A stretch of 60,651 bases of DNA, taken from positions 80,722 to 141,372 of the forward strand of contig DATIHL010000011.1 in assembly GCA_035480715.1 (NCBI GenBank). The letters run 5' to 3'. Every line of letters starts with the position of its first letter. Position 1 is the stretch's first letter. Origin of the DNA: Candidatus Saccharimonadales bacterium (GTDB taxonomy: Bacteria; Patescibacteriota; Saccharimonadia; Saccharimonadales; UBA10212). The notes under the pieces were generated by a model. The model was not told where the DNA came from. It ran no database searches and worked only from the letters and a program-made list of their open reading frames with translations. A program made the translations under genes and the position numbers. This document shows, piece after piece, positions 58,889 through 60,651 of the stretch.

Positions 58889-59704
58889 CTATGTACCGGC
58901 ACTAAGCTGGTAGCTTTGCGCGGTATAACCGGTTGCGGCCGCTAGGCCAAAAAATTGCTCGAGTGTTTGGCCATTTTTCTGAATCTCTACAGCTAAATCT
59001 GCGCCCACATAACGTATATGCCAGGGCTCGTATTTATAACCAGTTAAGTTTTCTTTTCCTTCCTGGTAACGGATTATAAAACCGGATTTATAGGCATTAG
59101 CCATCAGCCACTTGCCTTCGGGGGTGTTGGCAAAACATGGCTCGACTTCACATAGGCGGGTTGATGGTTCAAGATCGGCTGCGAGTCCGGTTTGGTGTTC
59201 GCTGTGGCCCGGCCGGGCGCTTTCTCTATCAGCTCCAGCCTGGCCGTTACTTTTTACTTCGCTGGCATAAATGCTGACTTGTTCAGTGTACGAACGATAT
59301 CCGCTGGCTAAACGAAAATTGATACTTTCTGTGGATGCAGTACTAAACAAACTCTCCAGGGCTCGCGCAGCCTCGTTTCGTAAGTGCATTTCCGGATCAG
59401 AAGTTTTGGTTCTAAGTGGTACATTCGGAGTCACTAGATCGGGTGGAACGTAGCCTGCAGGCAATACCCTCCCCTTATTGACGACTACCCAAATACTGTT
59501 GGGATCATTGATTGAGTATTTAGATTTATTGAATGTAGTACCAGCATCTGAATTTGAGGTTGATTTACCGCTGGTATTTTTTTGACTATTAGAATTATGG
59601 TCACTAAGCCGAAAAGCAATTACCGTCATCTCGGCTAAACCTATTAAGACCAGTGCAGCGAAAATGATTAATAGTTTTTTAGAAATCTTTGATCGTTTAA
59701 GCAT
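58889..59704 (-). CDS. M15B (VanY-like) D-Ala-D-Ala carboxypeptidase
   Basis: SGYRSY, SARPGHSEHQTGLAAD, YEPWHIRYVG; N-terminal TM anchor. Confidence 0.93.
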   Translation of the reverse strand: MLKRSKISKKLLIIFAALVLIGLAEMTVIAFRLSDHNSNSQKNTSGKSTSNSDAGTTFNKSKYSINDPNSIWVVVNKGRVLPAGYVPPDLVTPNVPLRTKTSDPEMHLRNEAARALESLFSTASTESINFRLASGYRSYTEQVSIYASEVKSNGQAGADRESARPGHSEHQTGLAADLEPSTRLCEVEPCFANTPEGKWLMANAYKSGFIIRYQEGKENLTGYKYEPWHIRYVGADLAVEIQKNGQTLEQFFGLAAATGYTAQSYQLSAGT

Positions 59705-60605
59705 TTGATGCAGCCTTTACAGTGCGTTTTTTCAGAAGTTTACGCGATTTAAGAGAGAAGAATTTCATTGCGCGCGGAACAGTCAGATAACCTATGACCG
59801 CATAAACTATGCCGCAAGTTACATCAAACACATAGTGTTCACCCTGATAGACAGTGCCTGTAAAAATCAAGATGGGGTAAACAGCCGCCAACATAGCCCA
59901 GCGGCGGCCATAAAGCTTATACACAAAAATGAACAGCAGCGTCGCCCAGGCAGCATGCAGCGACGGGATGGCAGCCACCGGATTAGGCGTTATAGCATTA
60001 TAAACAGACGGGAAGTCGTGGATACCAAGCTTGTCCCAAACATGGCTCGATATACGCTCGATCGGTTGAATGTAGTGGTTTTGTGAGGCCAGCCAGGGCG
60101 GCGCTGCTGGCACAGCCAAAAACGTCAAAAAGGCCGCAAAGGCGACTACTAAATATGTGTTCATTACGTGCCAAAACTGCTTGTCGCGCGTTTTCCAAAC
60201 AATAATACCGAGTCCCAGGGGCAGAATGAAATGCAGAAAATACGGTAAATAGAAAACAAAATCGTACCACTGCACGTGGCCATGCCATAGCCACCTCTGC
60301 AAATATACCGTCGGTAGGTTACCGAATATGGTCGAGTCAAAATGTGGTCCCGTCAGATAATCTACCCGGTTATTTAAATGATCGGCAATGCTGCGAAAAG
60401 ATTCATAGAGCAAAATCAATACCACAAAGGGGCCAAAACGTCTTAAAGCTTCCAGCGCGTCGCCAAAAATCATAAATACAAAGACTAAAAAAATGATTAG
60501 TTTATCGGGCGTCGGGAAGCTAGGATTTTTAATATATATAGCCAGCGATAAAATGGTGCCGACAACGCCAATCCATTTTGATATTGGCTGTTTAATTTTG
60601 ATCAT
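59697..60605 (-). CDS. PAP2_3 / AUR1-like membrane phosphotransferase or phosphatase
   Basis: PAAPPW, AIPSLH, EHYVFD in a polytopic membrane protein. Confidence 0.85.
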   Translation of the reverse strand: MIKIKQPISKWIGVVGTILSLAIYIKNPSFPTPDKLIIFLVFVFMIFGDALEALRRFGPFVVLILLYESFRSIADHLNNRVDYLTGPHFDSTIFGNLPTVYLQRWLWHGHVQWYDFVFYLPYFLHFILPLGLGIIVWKTRDKQFWHVMNTYLVVAFAAFLTFLAVPAAPPWLASQNHYIQPIERISSHVWDKLGIHDFPSVYNAITPNPVAAIPSLHAAWATLLFIFVYKLYGRRWAMLAAVYPILIFTGTVYQGEHYVFDVTCGIVYAVIGYLTVPRAMKFFSLKSRKLLKKRTVKAASNA

Positions 60606-60651
60606 TTGAGACTATTGTAACCCATTGGCAAGCTAGAATTTACTCAGATAT

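Noticed and set aside
1..60651. CRISPR array, rRNA, transposase/integrase or alternative genetic code
   Set aside because: No spaced direct repeats, rRNA or recombinase motifs seen; TGA acts as a stop (e.g. rpmC, rpsQ) and tRNA-Trp has anticodon CCA, so code 11.

Overview
Core-genome segment of a Candidate Phyla Radiation bacterium, most likely Ca. Saccharibacteria. The assignment is inferred from the missing rpmD/L30, the r-protein extensions, the Tmk-ThyX-like fusion and a conserved hypothetical gene after rplL; the genetic code is standard code 11. The window contains the 3' part of rpoC, the str, S10, spc and alpha ribosomal clusters, rplM-rpsI, trpS, five tRNAs, rpmG, secE-nusG-rplK-rplA, dcd/tmk, rplJ-rplL, dnaX-dnaB-ybaB-recR-cysS, and a block of glycosyltransferase, envelope and oxidative pentose-phosphate genes. 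The most striking pattern is six unrecognisable small ORFs (66-108 aa), plus two micro-ORFs, placed at normally uninterrupted junctions (rpsL/rpsG, rpsG/fusA, tuf/rpsJ, rplB/rpsS, rplV/rpsC, rplK/rplA). Nearly all are stop/start-coupled to their neighbours, and one micro-ORF is built from a three-hairpin REP-like palindrome. Other oddities are a rewritten RNA polymerase trigger loop (QLSLDSKH), an EF-G with G4 NKIN and G5 GGDG, systematic loss of structural Zn sites, a FabD-like gene inside the fusA-tuf junction, an apparently dead ThyX fused to Tmk, att-like repeats beside tRNA-Tyr, and widespread near-leaderless extended -10 promoters. All calls come from motif recognition by eye; no searches were run.
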